Positions 17,305-27,085 of a DNA stretch of 47,896 bases are shown here, piece after piece. Numbering within the stretch: the stretch's first letter is position 1; each line of letters opens with the position of its first letter. The notes below the pieces were generated by a model, which was not told the DNA's origin, searched no databases, and saw only the letters and a program-made list of their open reading frames with translations. The DNA lies in the IMG/VR virus record IMGVR_UViG_3300030332_001503, positions 1 to 47,896 of that record; one strand, 5' to 3'. The position numbers were made by a program, and so were the translations under genes. Origin of the DNA: a virus (taxonomy: Duplodnaviria; Caudoviricetes).

Positions 17305-17961
17305 TCCAGGCCTTCGTTCTGATTTGGTCCAGGCGCCGCAACACATCCACCTCCCACGGCAGGAGGTGAACGCGCTTCAGTGCGGCCCAGTGATGGATCT
17401 CGGTGTAGGAGCAATCGCCCAGCTCACAGAACCAGCCCCACAGGTAGGCGGTGCCTTCCGGGGGCGGCTCTGTTCTCAGGCTCTTGGGTTTCTTGCCGGT
17501 TTGGCGGTAAACCGCCTCAAGCTGCTGCCGGCGGCTGGTGCCGGTCTTGGGGTCCGGGATCGTGTCCGCTATTTCTTTTTCCGCCCACTCGTAGAGTCGG
17601 TGGACGGCTTCCTGAAAAAACGCGCATCACGCGAGGCATGGCGGTCGATCATGTCCCGAAGCTGGGGGGCTTCGCGGAGCAAGGTCTTCACATTCTCCTC
17701 GGTGAATTCCTCCTCCAGGTCCCAGCCGGCCACCAGGGCCGCGCACAGCGTTACATGGCGTTCGGTGCTGTCCACGGCCTCGCCCTTTGCCAGGGCCTCC
17801 ATATCCTGCCGGTAGGCGTCCTGTTTGGCCTGCTGGAAGGCGTCCGCCCACTGGGAGCGGATAACGAGGTGGTAATCGGTAGGCGTGCCATCCGGGTGGG
17901 ACAGGGGCACCTTGGTGCCCTCGTTGGCTTTCTCGCGGGTGAAGAATTCCTTCATGCTCAT
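17276..17961 (-). CDS. Tail assembly chaperone G (17569..17961) and -1 frameshift product GT (ends at 17276)
   Basis: Slippery T TTT TTC at 17614..17620. The -1 frame stays open (FFQEAVHRLYEWAEKE...YLWGWFCEL...WEVDVLRRLD) to TAG at 17276. Confidence 0.8.
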
Positions 17962-18896
17962 GCAGCACCCCGCAGGATCACGATCTGGCTTTCCTCGGTG
18001 GCGTCATAGAGGGCCTGGAAATCCATGGACACGGTGACTTCGCCCTCGCCGGACACGTCCGGCTGGCCGGAGTTGTACTTCACGCGCGGCAGGCTGAATG
18101 TGTAGGCGTTCGTGCCGTCGCTCAGGGTGAACTCCAGGTTGGATTCGGTCTCGTTCAGGAACTTCTCGTAGAGCGCCACGCTGTCGAAGAAGGTGGTGAT
18201 CGAGCCGGTCAGGTTGGAGCGGGCGATGCTCACGCACTCCGCCGTATCCGAGCCCACAACGAACAGCGGGGACAGACCGTTCTCCAGGGTGAGGGACAGC
18301 TCGGTCACGGTCGCAATCGAGGCGCCGCCCTCGTTGATCTGGCCGGAGAACGAATCGAACGGGCTGGTGGTGCTCGCGTCCTGATAGGTGGCGCCGGCAA
18401 TCGGGGTCTGCGCCGGCGCATCCATGGAGCGCCCCACCAGACTGAACGAACTGGTTACGATGGCGTTGGTGGAGACGGTCAGGTTCCAGGTGTTGAACTC
18501 ACACCCCAGATACCGCAGGTACTGGCCGATGTCCGCGAAGTGCCGCTCGATGGTGAACGGTCGGCGCTCCACGCCTGCCAGCAGGGTGTCGGTGCCGGCG
18601 GACGGGGAATCCTCCTCCCAGGTGCCACACAGCACCGCCTCCAGCATGGTGTCGAAGGCGCCGCCGTAGCTCAGCTCGGTGGAGATGTCGCCGCCCACCT
18701 GCTTGTTGCCGTGGCGCATGTCGGCGATCTGGCGGTCGGCGCGCAGCTCGTTGCTTTGCAGGGCCTCTTTCGTCAGAGCCAGCGTGGTGCCGGTCTGGCG
18801 AATCGGAATAAACGTCGGGGTTGCCGGAGTGGTGCCGGCTTCGGTTTCGGCCACCAGGGCCATAGAGTGGCGTGAGCCGTTTGCAGGGCAGCCCAT
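17958..18896 (-). CDS. Major tail tube protein
   Basis: 312 aa, acidic and beta-rich, upstream of the G/GT chaperones; GGAGG SD. Confidence 0.85.
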   Translation of the reverse strand: MGCPANGSRHSMALVAETEAGTTPATPTFIPIRQTGTTLALTKEALQSNELRADRQIADMRHGNKQVGGDISTELSYGGAFDTMLEAVLCGTWEEDSPSAGTDTLLAGVERRPFTIERHFADIGQYLRYLGCEFNTWNLTVSTNAIVTSSFSLVGRSMDAPAQTPIAGATYQDASTTSPFDSFSGQINEGGASIATVTELSLTLENGLSPLFVVGSDTAECVSIARSNLTGSITTFFDSVALYEKFLNETESNLEFTLSDGTNAYTFSLPRVKYNSGQPDVSGEGEVTVSMDFQALYDATEESQIVILRGAA

Positions 18897-18960
18897 AACG
18901 AACCTCCGTCAGATACAAAAAAGCCCGCTCAAGGCGGGCCGATAGGAAAAGGGGTTGGGT

Positions 18961-19425
18961 TTACGCCCGGCTGATCCAGGCGCTGTAGAAAATCGTCATC
19001 GTCGTTCGGGACCAGTTCTCCACCCGGCGCGGCTGTTCGTAGCCGCAGGAGCGGATCAGGACCTTGAGCGGGTCCCAGACCAGGAATTCCTGGGCCTGGA
19101 AATCGGCGATCAGGGTCTCGGACAGGGCCGGGGCGTCGAAGCGCGTGCCGGCCTTGTAGCGGTTGGCTATCTGGTCGGCCAAAGTGATGGCCGGGATGTC
19201 CCCGCTGTTGAGGGGGTGATTCAGGTCGATTTGCAGGAACCCATCGTGGCGGTCCTGGCCCTGATCCCCGAGGGTGGCCACGCCCGGCTGGCTCGGGACG
19301 ACGAACAGGGCCGCCCACGGATCCGTGCCCGGGGTGAAATCCTTGTTCTGGAACGCCGTGGTCAGGCCGAAATCGCCATCCAGCCAGCTCAGGACCAGCG
19401 CATTGCGAACGTCGAGGAATCTCAT
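18961..19425 (-). CDS. Tail terminator-like protein
   Basis: Position, plus N..F.P...PW...G.LQID motif. Confidence 0.75.
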   Translation of the reverse strand: MRFLDVRNALVLSWLDGDFGLTTAFQNKDFTPGTDPWAALFVVPSQPGVATLGDQGQDRHDGFLQIDLNHPLNSGDIPAITLADQIANRYKAGTRFDAPALSETLIADFQAQEFLVWDPLKVLIRSCGYEQPRRVENWSRTTMTIFYSAWISRA

Positions 19426-19820
19426 ACGCGGTTCTTCCTGGCAGCCTCGTCGGCGATCTGGTTAAAGCGGGCCACGGTCCGGCGGACCATGCCCTCCGGG
19501 GCCTGCCTGGACCAGCCCTCGAACTCCAGGCGGTGCGCGTAAGGCAGGTTGTTGGCCATGAACGTCACCCCGCCGCCCTTGAGGGCCGCCACGACTTCGT
19601 TCATCTCGTTGACGGCCTGCTGTTTCTCGATCTCCCGGGCGAGCTCGCCGTCTGCCGGGGCGCCCTGGGAGATCTGCCAGTTGCCGACGAATCGACCGGT
19701 GCGGCGTGGCGACAGGTTGATGACCTCCGCGAATACCTGGATTTCCACCGCACGGGCGGTTTTCTCCAGGGATCGGCCGGCCATCCGGCTGAATTTCTGC
19801 ACGTCTGCCGCGAAGCTCAT
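19422..19820 (-). CDS. HK97 gp10-like tail completion protein
   Basis: SPRRTGRFVGNW...NNLPYAHRLEFEGWSRQAP.GMVR. Confidence 0.8.
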   Translation of the reverse strand: MSFAADVQKFSRMAGRSLEKTARAVEIQVFAEVINLSPRRTGRFVGNWQISQGAPADGELAREIEKQQAVNEMNEVVAALKGGGVTFMANNLPYAHRLEFEGWSRQAPEGMVRRTVARFNQIADEAARKNRV

Positions 19821-20170
19821 GCATCCCTCAACTGGACGGTCCAGGCGACCGAGGCCGGGTCCTGCCACGTATTCATCACGCGCTTGCCGTCGATGTCGTC
19901 GCCGATCTTTGGATCAGTGCCGATCTCGCTTTGCAGCACGGTCAGCTTTTCGTCGGTGGCCAGGATGTGCTCGTTGTCCACCTGCTCGGTCTTGAAGCCC
20001 CCGAACACGCCGCGACCCTGGAAGGTCTCGGTGGCCTGGGTCTCTTCGCCGGTCAGGGGGTCGTAATTCGTGCCAGTCACCCGCGTCAGGGTGAAGCTGC
20101 GCACCGCATCGGCCAGGGCGCTGTCGAACGCCGCAGCGATACCGGTTTGTACGTCAGCGCGAAGCCCCAT
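19817..20170 (-). CDS. Head closure / head-tail joining protein
   Basis: YDPLTG...V.WTVQLR motif and position. Confidence 0.7.
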   Translation of the reverse strand: MGLRADVQTGIAAAFDSALADAVRSFTLTRVTGTNYDPLTGEETQATETFQGRGVFGGFKTEQVDNEHILATDEKLTVLQSEIGTDPKIGDDIDGKRVMNTWQDPASVAWTVQLRDA

Positions 20171-20547
20171 CAGGCTCTCCGCACCGGAAAGGTGGACCCG
20201 CCGCCGACCGGGAAGTACGGCCGGAGCAGGTCAAAGACAAAGGACAGGTTGCCCGAGCGAGCCCGGGCCCCGTCTTGGTACTCCGTTTCCGATTCCACCG
20301 TATCCGCCTTCACCCGGGTGCGTTTGATGTCGCCCTGAGTGTCGGCGTACAGGTTGCCGGCGGCGGATTCCTGGGCGAGATACGCCCCGGCCGTCTTGAT
20401 GGCATCCTCCACCGGATCGCTGGCCACCACGGCCCGGGCCGTCATCCAGGTGTTGGCCTGAAGCACAGCGGCGGCCTTGTCGGTCTCCTCTGCCCAGCTG
20501 GCGCCCAGAATCTGGTCCACGTCCGCGACGGTGATGTAATCGGTCAT
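20170..20547 (-). CDS. Head-tail connector (adaptor) protein
   Basis: YITVAD...KADTVESETEY...LLRPY motif; follows the capsid gene. Confidence 0.7.
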   Translation of the reverse strand: MTDYITVADVDQILGASWAEETDKAAAVLQANTWMTARAVVASDPVEDAIKTAGAYLAQESAAGNLYADTQGDIKRTRVKADTVESETEYQDGARARSGNLSFVFDLLRPYFPVGGGSTFPVRRA

Positions 20548-20550
20548 CGG

Positions 20551-20709
20551 TTATTCCTTCGGCTTGGCCGCCGTTTTGGCTTTAGCCGCCGGCTTGGCCG
20601 CCGTTTTGGCGCGCTCGGCAGCATGCTTGCGCTCCAGGCGCATGACGGTCTCGATGTCCACCGGGGCACCGGGGACCAAGCCGTCCTGGTTGGTCTTCTC
20701 TTCAGCCAT
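20551..20709 (-). CDS. Small Lys/Ala-rich protein after the capsid gene
   Basis: Not in the ORF track. 52 aa MAEEKTNQDGLVPG...AKTAAKPAAKAKTAAKPKE; GGAGG SD; internal 20-bp repeat at 20561 and 20591. Confidence 0.65.
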   Translation of the reverse strand: MAEEKTNQDGLVPGAPVDIETVMRLERKHAAERAKTAAKPAAKAKTAAKPKE

Positions 20710-20745
20710 GATTGCCTCCGAAGAGGCGGCCCGAAGGCCGCCGGT

Positions 20746-21756
20746 TTAGTTGGTTACGATGAACGCCATCGGCACCAGCTTGCGCTCGAGGACGCGAGTC
20801 CAGACCGCAGCGGTGGCCAGCTCGGCCTGGGTGAAGCTGTTGCCGGACGGGGTGCCGACCTGCTGGAAGCCGAACGGATGCAGCAGCCACGTTTTGCGCA
20901 GCCACAGCTCTTCCACGCCAGCACCATCGGCGGCGGATTCGTCTTCATCCAGTGCCACCGGGTTCAGCGGGGAGCCCTCGCCGTAGCCGAAGATGCCCGG
21001 GCCGAACAGCACCGAGGTGTACTTCACGCCATCGGTGGTGCCGGCCACGGCGGGCAGGGAGTCGTCGACGATGATCCGGCGACCCATGTACGCGCGGTAC
21101 AGCAGGTTGCCCTCGGAATCGCGCACGTCCTCGGCGTCGTTCAGCTTGGTGATCTGCTTCGCCACCATGGAATGCACGGCGATAGCGGTCACGCCGTCCA
21201 CCTGGTCGCCCATGGTGTAGGCGGCCTCGATGAAGGCATCGCGGCTGAAGCGAGTGTCGGCGCCCTGGTCGGCGACGGCCTCGGCGGCGATGTCGTAGAC
21301 CATGTCACCGTCGTCGTTGGCCACGTTGTCGGCCATCACGCCCTTAACCGCAGCGATCAGCCGGCGCTGCCACTGGCGCTGGAAGTACATGTCGGTCTTG
21401 GCGCGAATGGCGTCCATTGCGCTGCCGCCCATGGCCAGCTCGGAAGCGAGGTTGGCGGTTGACCAGCCCTTGTTCACGAACGCCTTGCGGGCGATCTGTT
21501 CGCCCTGGTCGATCTTGGACGGGGTGGCGTCGGAGGCCGGGTTATCGGAGCTGTAGTTGACCTCGTCGGAGCCGTCCAGGTCGTTCCAGTAAGGCAGCTC
21601 GATCAGCTTGCCCGGCTGGGAGGCCATGGTGTCCAGCATCTGATTGCGGGTGACAATGCCGGACTGGAAGAACGCGGTCTTTTCGGGACCGTTCACTTGC
21701 GGGAGGTCCTGGAAGATCTCCACGTCGATGATGTCGGAAAGGCGGGTAGTCGCCAT
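20746..21756 (-). CDS. Major capsid protein
   Basis: MATTRLSDII...FFQSGI...LPYWNDL...GRRIIVDD...LLHPFGF; 336 aa. Confidence 0.9.
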   Translation of the reverse strand: MATTRLSDIIDVEIFQDLPQVNGPEKTAFFQSGIVTRNQMLDTMASQPGKLIELPYWNDLDGSDEVNYSSDNPASDATPSKIDQGEQIARKAFVNKGWSTANLASELAMGGSAMDAIRAKTDMYFQRQWQRRLIAAVKGVMADNVANDDGDMVYDIAAEAVADQGADTRFSRDAFIEAAYTMGDQVDGVTAIAVHSMVAKQITKLNDAEDVRDSEGNLLYRAYMGRRIIVDDSLPAVAGTTDGVKYTSVLFGPGIFGYGEGSPLNPVALDEDESAADGAGVEELWLRKTWLLHPFGFQQVGTPSGNSFTQAELATAAVWTRVLERKLVPMAFIVTN

Positions 21757-21762
21757 GATTGC

Positions 21763-22464
21763 TTACCTCTGTTGGTGGTGTTCGTCACGGAGGCGCTTGT
21801 AGGCTTCCGGGTCCTGTTCTTTCAGGGCCTTCAGCTCTGCGCCTGTATGCTCAGAAAACTTCTTCGTGACGGCCCCGCCGCCTTTCCCGCCGGGAGCCCC
21901 GCCCCCTGACGCCTTGCTGCCGTCCACAAGGAACGGGTATTGCTCGGAGAGATATTTGCCCAGCTGCTTGGCGTCCCACGCCTCGCCGTCCGGGCCATTG
22001 ATCTTTACCCCTTCCGGGGTGTGGGCAATGAACTGCATGGCCTCTTTCTTCAGCAGGCCGTAGCGCTGCACGCCACCGGTTGCCTCTTTGTCGATGAGGC
22101 CGGCCACAATGCCCTCAGCAGTGGCGGTGCGCTCGCTGTTGGCGACCTTGTCGCGCAACTCGGCCAGCTCTTTGTCGAGCTTTTCGGCCCGCTCGCGCTC
22201 CGTCTTGGAGAGCTGTTCCCATTCCTGCTGCTTCTCGAGACGTTCCCGCTCGCGCCGCTCCGCCTCGGTCTCGAATTCCTGAAGTTTGCGCTTCGCCTCG
22301 GCCCGCTCTTCGCGCTCTTTGCGCAGGGCCTCTTTGAGTTCGTCGGCAGGGTCGATGCCCTCCACCTGGAGGCGGTAGCCGTCGCCGTGCTCGCCGTACA
22401 GGGCCTGTTGAGCCTCTTCCAGCGCCTCGAACTCTTCCTTGGTGATCTCGAATTTCAGTGCCAT
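21763..22464 (-). CDS. Capsid scaffolding protein
   Basis: Charged coiled coil with ASGGGA linker, directly upstream of the capsid gene. Confidence 0.8.
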   Translation of the reverse strand: MALKFEITKEEFEALEEAQQALYGEHGDGYRLQVEGIDPADELKEALRKEREERAEAKRKLQEFETEAERRERERLEKQQEWEQLSKTERERAEKLDKELAELRDKVANSERTATAEGIVAGLIDKEATGGVQRYGLLKKEAMQFIAHTPEGVKINGPDGEAWDAKQLGKYLSEQYPFLVDGSKASGGGAPGGKGGGAVTKKFSEHTGAELKALKEQDPEAYKRLRDEHHQQR

Positions 22465-22549
22465 GTCTGCAAACCCCGTTTGCTGGTTTCGCCTGCCCCG
22501 CAGGCATAAAAAAGGGCCGCCGAAGCGACCCGTCTAAATCGAATGTCTG

Positions 22550-23563
22550 TTACAGCGTCAGCCCCTCGCGGGCCGCCAGTTGATCGAGCGTCAGCACCCG
22601 GCCGGCGTCATCGGTAAACTGGTTGATCTTGACCTTGCCGGAGCGGAACAGCGCGGCGCGGCGCGGCCCCAGCACGTCATCCTGGAATTCCTTGCTTTGC
22701 CGTCGGAGAAAGCCGCCATAGGTGAGCTGGTTGTCCACCGGCCCATCCATGCTGGCGCGCTCACCCAGCCCCCCGAGGCGATACTCCTCTTTCACTTCCG
22801 GCACCCGGATGCTGCGGCACCGATAGTGCAGCGGCGGGCGCGGCCCCTGACCCAGCGGGTGCAGGGTGCGGTCCAGGCCGGCGCATGTGATGGTGGTGTG
22901 GCTGTCCAGGGTGGCCATGAAGCGCTCACCCTCGAGAATGTCCGCGTTCGCCCGGTACACCTCATCGCGGGCCGTGGCGCCGATGTGGTTGGTGGCCGTG
23001 CGGATCACCGCTTCGGCCTGCTGCCGGGAGCGCGTAGTGACCAGCCGGGATACCTCCCGGGCCATCTGATCCGTGGTCTTGCTTTCCAGGACGCCCGCTT
23101 GGACAACCCGCATGCTGTCGCGGCCGACGCCCTGGGCGAAATCGTCAAAGGCTTGGCGGATGGTGAGACGCTTTTGGGTTTTGCCGCTCAGCAGCGTCAT
23201 CTTGCTGCGCGTGGTGATCGCCCGGATTTGCTCAGGGGTGAAGCCCTGCCGAATCTCTACCGTGGCGCCAGACGCCAGCAGCTTGGCCGCGAATCCGGCT
23301 TCCTGCTCGGCGAAATCCTCAAGCTCCAAGGCGCCCTGAATGCCGGTCGTGGCGTGGACGATGATCTCGCGCAGGTCGCGTTCCAGGGCCACCATCCGCC
23401 CTGCCTGAAATTCTGTGGCGCTAGCGGCGGCGATCCTGGCCCGCAAGTCCCGGGCAAGCTGTCGCAGAATCGGCAGCGCTCGCTTAACCTGGCCGCCGCC
23501 AAACTGCTGGATGTAGATCTGGTGCCGGATCAGGGCCTCAAGGAGCTTGCCGTGTGAGGTCAA
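22550..23563 (-). CDS. Minor head protein (SPP1 gp7 / Mu F family)
   Basis: ATLDSHTT..C...D...PPLHYRCRS motif. Confidence 0.85.
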   Translation of the reverse strand: MTSHGKLLEALIRHQIYIQQFGGGQVKRALPILRQLARDLRARIAAASATEFQAGRMVALERDLREIIVHATTGIQGALELEDFAEQEAGFAAKLLASGATVEIRQGFTPEQIRAITTRSKMTLLSGKTQKRLTIRQAFDDFAQGVGRDSMRVVQAGVLESKTTDQMAREVSRLVTTRSRQQAEAVIRTATNHIGATARDEVYRANADILEGERFMATLDSHTTITCAGLDRTLHPLGQGPRPPLHYRCRSIRVPEVKEEYRLGGLGERASMDGPVDNQLTYGGFLRRQSKEFQDDVLGPRRAALFRSGKVKINQFTDDAGRVLTLDQLAAREGLTL

Positions 23564-24924
23564 AGCTCAAGGCCCCCGGTCTGGACCTCCGCGTCGATCT
23601 CTTCATCGGTGCGGTCGGGGTCAATGCCGCCGGTCTTGCGGCGCCAGGCCCGGTAATCCGCCTTGGCGATCAGGCCCCGATCCACTTCCTGGATGCGCGC
23701 CATGACCATTTGCGGGTCGGCGCCCTGCTCGTAGAACTCCTGATTCAGCCGGAACTTGATGTCGTCGAACACATCCGCGCTGGTCATGAACAAAGCCGCC
23801 CATTCCAGGCAGTTCTCCAGACCGTCGCTCACGTTGTCCGCCAGAGTGGAGAGGTTGGCGTTCTCGGCGCCCGTCCGTGCCCTCACGGCCTCTTCCCGCT
23901 CATTGCCACCGCGCTGCTCGATGAGCTTGGCGCCGATGGCGAGCATCTGGGCCTCTTTCTGCTCCATCAGCTTGAGGGGCAGATTCCGCTCCTCAGCCTG
24001 GACCAGCTCGACCTTGCCGCCCTTCGTCTGGATGCCGCGCCGCGCCCCGACGGTCACCCCGTTGGGGTTGAGATCTTTCCATTCCTGGGTGCTGGTTTCG
24101 CCCACATCCACATGGAACATCGGCTGGCCAACGATGAACGACGCCTCTTCCAGGTCCGCGCTGTTGCGGTAATGGCCGATATTCACGTCCGCGATGTCGA
24201 GCAGCAGCGGATTGTCGGGGTGTTCGTCGTTGTTGCCGGCGCCGATGAACTGGAACGGGATGAACGGCCACCGCTCACCGTTCGCCATGCGTGGCTCAGA
24301 GCGGGACACCTCTTCGTTGTGCCGGAAGACGCGCTGAACGTAGTAACCCTGATCATCCAGGCTCAGGACGCGGTACTGCTTCTCCCGGTTGACCTGGAAC
24401 TCATCGACCCGCACATCGTAGTGCTCGAGCAGAACCACCAAGGCCAACTGCTCGCCGTCGCGGCGCCAGTTGGTGATGGTGGGCCAGGGGTAGGCGCGGA
24501 GCGTTGCCTGCAGGCCTTGAGCTTGCTCCTGGGTCAGCCCGTCCTCGGCCTCCGGATAGTCCACCAGGACGCCATGGATGCCGTTTATCGCTGTGTCCGA
24601 GACCGCGCCACGGGCGAACTGCGTCAGACTCATGCCTGATCCGTCGGCGTCGTCGCGCATGTACTCAATAACGGACGGCAGCTCGGCCTCCGGCTTCTTG
24701 CGGAACACCGCGCCCAGCATGCCGTCATGGGTTCGCTTGGTAACGCCCAGCCACAGGGCCCCCATCTTGTAGCCCGCATACCGATCCGGGTCGCTTGGAT
24801 CAGGGTTGCGCAGGTACACAGTGCCCCGGCCCTTGATGGCGTCAGAGCCCTCGACCGCATCCCGGACCCGTCGCGCCTTCTTCTCATGGCGCTCGTAGTC
24901 AGGGTGGAGCGTTTCAACGGGCAT
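23560..24924 (-). CDS. Portal protein
   Basis: 454 aa right after TerL; PLLDIADVNIGHYRNSAD motif. Confidence 0.88.
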   Translation of the reverse strand: MPVETLHPDYERHEKKARRVRDAVEGSDAIKGRGTVYLRNPDPSDPDRYAGYKMGALWLGVTKRTHDGMLGAVFRKKPEAELPSVIEYMRDDADGSGMSLTQFARGAVSDTAINGIHGVLVDYPEAEDGLTQEQAQGLQATLRAYPWPTITNWRRDGEQLALVVLLEHYDVRVDEFQVNREKQYRVLSLDDQGYYVQRVFRHNEEVSRSEPRMANGERWPFIPFQFIGAGNNDEHPDNPLLLDIADVNIGHYRNSADLEEASFIVGQPMFHVDVGETSTQEWKDLNPNGVTVGARRGIQTKGGKVELVQAEERNLPLKLMEQKEAQMLAIGAKLIEQRGGNEREEAVRARTGAENANLSTLADNVSDGLENCLEWAALFMTSADVFDDIKFRLNQEFYEQGADPQMVMARIQEVDRGLIAKADYRAWRRKTGGIDPDRTDEEIDAEVQTGGLEL

Positions 24925-24928
24925 TCTG

Positions 24929-27085
24929 TTACCTCATGAACCTAATGGGGCCGACGCTGGCCGGCTTGATCACCGGGTACTCGTAATGGATGAAGTAGCC
25001 GCCGGCGTCGCAGTTAGATACAACCGGAGACTCATCCGAAAGCCGGAAGCATCCATAGCTAGGTACTGTCAGGCAATAAACGCTTTGTTCGCCTAGCGGG
25101 GAAACACTGATGACAGTTTTTACGGGCACTGTATTTGTTTGCACCGAACTCGCTGCCGCACTTTCCGCATGTTCGAGTTTCGTTGTCAATTCCGCTCTGC
25201 CTTCTTGCGTGAGCTTTGCACGCCTTTGAGCAGTACCTGTTTGAGCTGCCCTTAGTAGAAATTGGCGCGTCAAACTCAATGCCGCAGCAGCTGCATATAG
25301 CGCTCTCTGTGGCGCGTAGAGCGTTTTTGGTTTTTTCGTATTGCCGTCTATGCCATTCAGCACCTTCTTCGGACGAATGCCATCTGCTCGCAAGGTGCCT
25401 GTATTCTGAGGCCATTTGCGCCATTCGCTCGCGGCATTCAGGAGCTGAGCTGTGAAGCGACACATGCTCAGACCCTGGAAGGCATTCCAGATTTTCGATT
25501 TGATTGTTTGCGCGATTTTCGTCCGCGTGATGGATATGGAAGCCTTCGGGTATTTCGCCAAAGTAATGGCTCCAAACAACGCGGTGTAAACGCCTTTCGC
25601 CTTGCCTACCAGACGCTTGATAGTAGTTGCCGCAAATGTAGAATCGGCACCCGTCAAAGTCTTGTCGGGTATCGCTGACAACACGCACTCTTGGCCCATT
25701 AAGTCTTTCGCTTGCACCCATTTTCCAGTCCTCGTAAGGAATTTGTGGTCATGCGTGCATTTTATCACGTAACCATCAGCAAAGGTGATCCTTACGGTGT
25801 TTTTATGCCCAGTTTTCCCGGCTAACTGATAGGGCACGAACCCGCCATATGGCCCTAGCACTTCGCCTGATTCTGGGATTTCATCGAACCTGAAGTCTCC
25901 CATGCGCGTGGTAACGATTGTGTCGCCAGAAAAACACGCATGGTCGAGGCCCTGCTTCTTGTCCGGTTCGCCGTGCTGGTTATAGGCCTGCTGCTCCAGG
26001 CACTTCACATACCCGGGGCACCGGTCGACGTTGACCCGGTAGTCGCCCTGGAAGGCGGCGTTCATCGCGTTGATCCGGTCCTTAACCGGCGGGTTCTGTT
26101 TCGGGGCGTGGATCGTGAAGCCCGCCTCCCGCAGGATGGCCAGGTCGGTCTTGCTGGCGTCCACGCTGCGCCGGCCACCGCCGGAGGCATCCGGGTACAC
26201 ATGGATGGCATGACCTGGGTAACGGTCCTTGATGAGCCGCACCATGTCCGGCGTGTCGTAGCCGTTGCCGATTTCGCCGACCGCTACCGGGTGGCCGTTG
26301 CGCTTCACATGGACGACCGCCGACATCTGGCCGACGTTGAAGTCCATGCCGATGAACAGCGGCTCGCCCGGCTCTTCCGTTTCGTGCGTGTTGCAGCGCT
26401 TCCGGTCGAACTGGATGTACACCGTGCCAGTCGTCAGGTTGACGAACTCGCCCTCGATGTAGGCATCCAGCAGGTGCGATGGGTAGATGTCGCGCAGGCT
26501 GTCGATGTAGCCGTCCGGCAGGTGCGGATTGCTGTACGACGGCGCCCGGATGATCTCATAGCCCGGCGGGCGCTTTTCGTGCCACGTCTCGTAGACGAAG
26601 CGGAAGCCCTCCGGGGTAGTGGCCACCCCAACGGTGTTGGGCGAGCCGTCCGCTTTCTTCTGGCGGTTACGGGACAGTACCCGGCGCCAGACTTCGGCGG
26701 CGTCGTCCCGTTTCAGCGTATCCAGCTCATCCACATCCGAATCGCCGACCTCAAAGCCGATGATCCGCTGGGGCGTGTCCATGCTCCGGAAGATGATCCG
26801 GCCGTAGCCGTCGATCTCCAGGACGTTGTGCGGGTGTTTCGTGAGCCGGTACGGCACCCGTAGGTCTGACAGCAGCCCCTCGAAGCGCGGCCAGGCGATC
26901 ATGCGGATCAGGTCGTAGGTCGGCTCGTAGAACGCCCGGTCTGACTCCGGGTGGGCCAGCTTGCCCAGTAGGGAGCGGACGATCAGCGCCTCGGTCTTGC
27001 CGGCCCCGAAGCCGGCGACAATGGCCGGGTATCGCGCCTCGCTGAATATGAACTGGTCCTGTGGGACCGTCGGGTTAATTTCCAC
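24929..27085 (-). CDS. terL: Terminase large subunit precursor containing an intein (718 aa; about 410 aa after splicing)
   Basis: GTG start at 27085; Walker A AGFGAGKT, Walker B VDE, ATTPEG, nuclease IGMDFN, and a DHA|CDA motif split by the insertion. Confidence 0.92.
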   Translation of the reverse strand: MEINPTVPQDQFIFSEARYPAIVAGFGAGKTEALIVRSLLGKLAHPESDRAFYEPTYDLIRMIAWPRFEGLLSDLRVPYRLTKHPHNVLEIDGYGRIIFRSMDTPQRIIGFEVGDSDVDELDTLKRDDAAEVWRRVLSRNRQKKADGSPNTVGVATTPEGFRFVYETWHEKRPPGYEIIRAPSYSNPHLPDGYIDSLRDIYPSHLLDAYIEGEFVNLTTGTVYIQFDRKRCNTHETEEPGEPLFIGMDFNVGQMSAVVHVKRNGHPVAVGEIGNGYDTPDMVRLIKDRYPGHAIHVYPDASGGGRRSVDASKTDLAILREAGFTIHAPKQNPPVKDRINAMNAAFQGDYRVNVDRCPGYVKCLEQQAYNQHGEPDKKQGLDHACFSGDTIVTTRMGDFRFDEIPESGEVLGPYGGFVPYQLAGKTGHKNTVRITFADGYVIKCTHDHKFLTRTGKWVQAKDLMGQECVLSAIPDKTLTGADSTFAATTIKRLVGKAKGVYTALFGAITLAKYPKASISITRTKIAQTIKSKIWNAFQGLSMCRFTAQLLNAASEWRKWPQNTGTLRADGIRPKKVLNGIDGNTKKPKTLYAPQRALYAAAAALSLTRQFLLRAAQTGTAQRRAKLTQEGRAELTTKLEHAESAAASSVQTNTVPVKTVISVSPLGEQSVYCLTVPSYGCFRLSDESPVVSNCDAGGYFIHYEYPVIKPASVGPIRFMR
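25013..25936 (-). mobile_element. Intein (308 aa, Hint domain) in the TerL nuclease domain
   Basis: Starts CFSGDT (block A), CTHDHKFLT (block B TxxH), VYCLTV (block F), ends VVSN followed by Cys+1; lower GC than the flanks. Confidence 0.92.
25059..25721 (-). CDS. HNH homing endonuclease with C-terminal Cys-rich zinc fingers, nested out of frame in the intein
   Basis: LHRVVW...IPEGFHIHHADENRANNQIENLECL HNH motif; CSCCG, YCSKAC, CGKCG and CHQC; SD GAGGA 7 nt before the ATG. Confidence 0.88.
   Translation of the reverse strand: MGASERLNGPRVRVVSDTRQDFDGCRFYICGNYYQASGRQGERRLHRVVWSHYFGEIPEGFHIHHADENRANNQIENLECLPGSEHVSLHSSAPECRERMAQMASEYRHLASRWHSSEEGAEWHRRQYEKTKNALRATESAICSCCGIEFDAPISTKGSSNRYCSKACKAHARRQSGIDNETRTCGKCGSEFGANKYSARKNCHQCFPARRTKRLLPDST

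Noticed and set aside
17276-17961. Programmed -1 frameshift in the tail chaperone
   Set aside because: Probably real, but standard for long-tailed phages; listed as a feature only.
25013-25936. The terL insertion as a group I intron or a class 3 intein
   Set aside because: The TerL frame is open throughout with Hint blocks, so RNA splicing is not needed. Cys1 is present, and the Trp and Thr of the class 3 WCT motif are absent.
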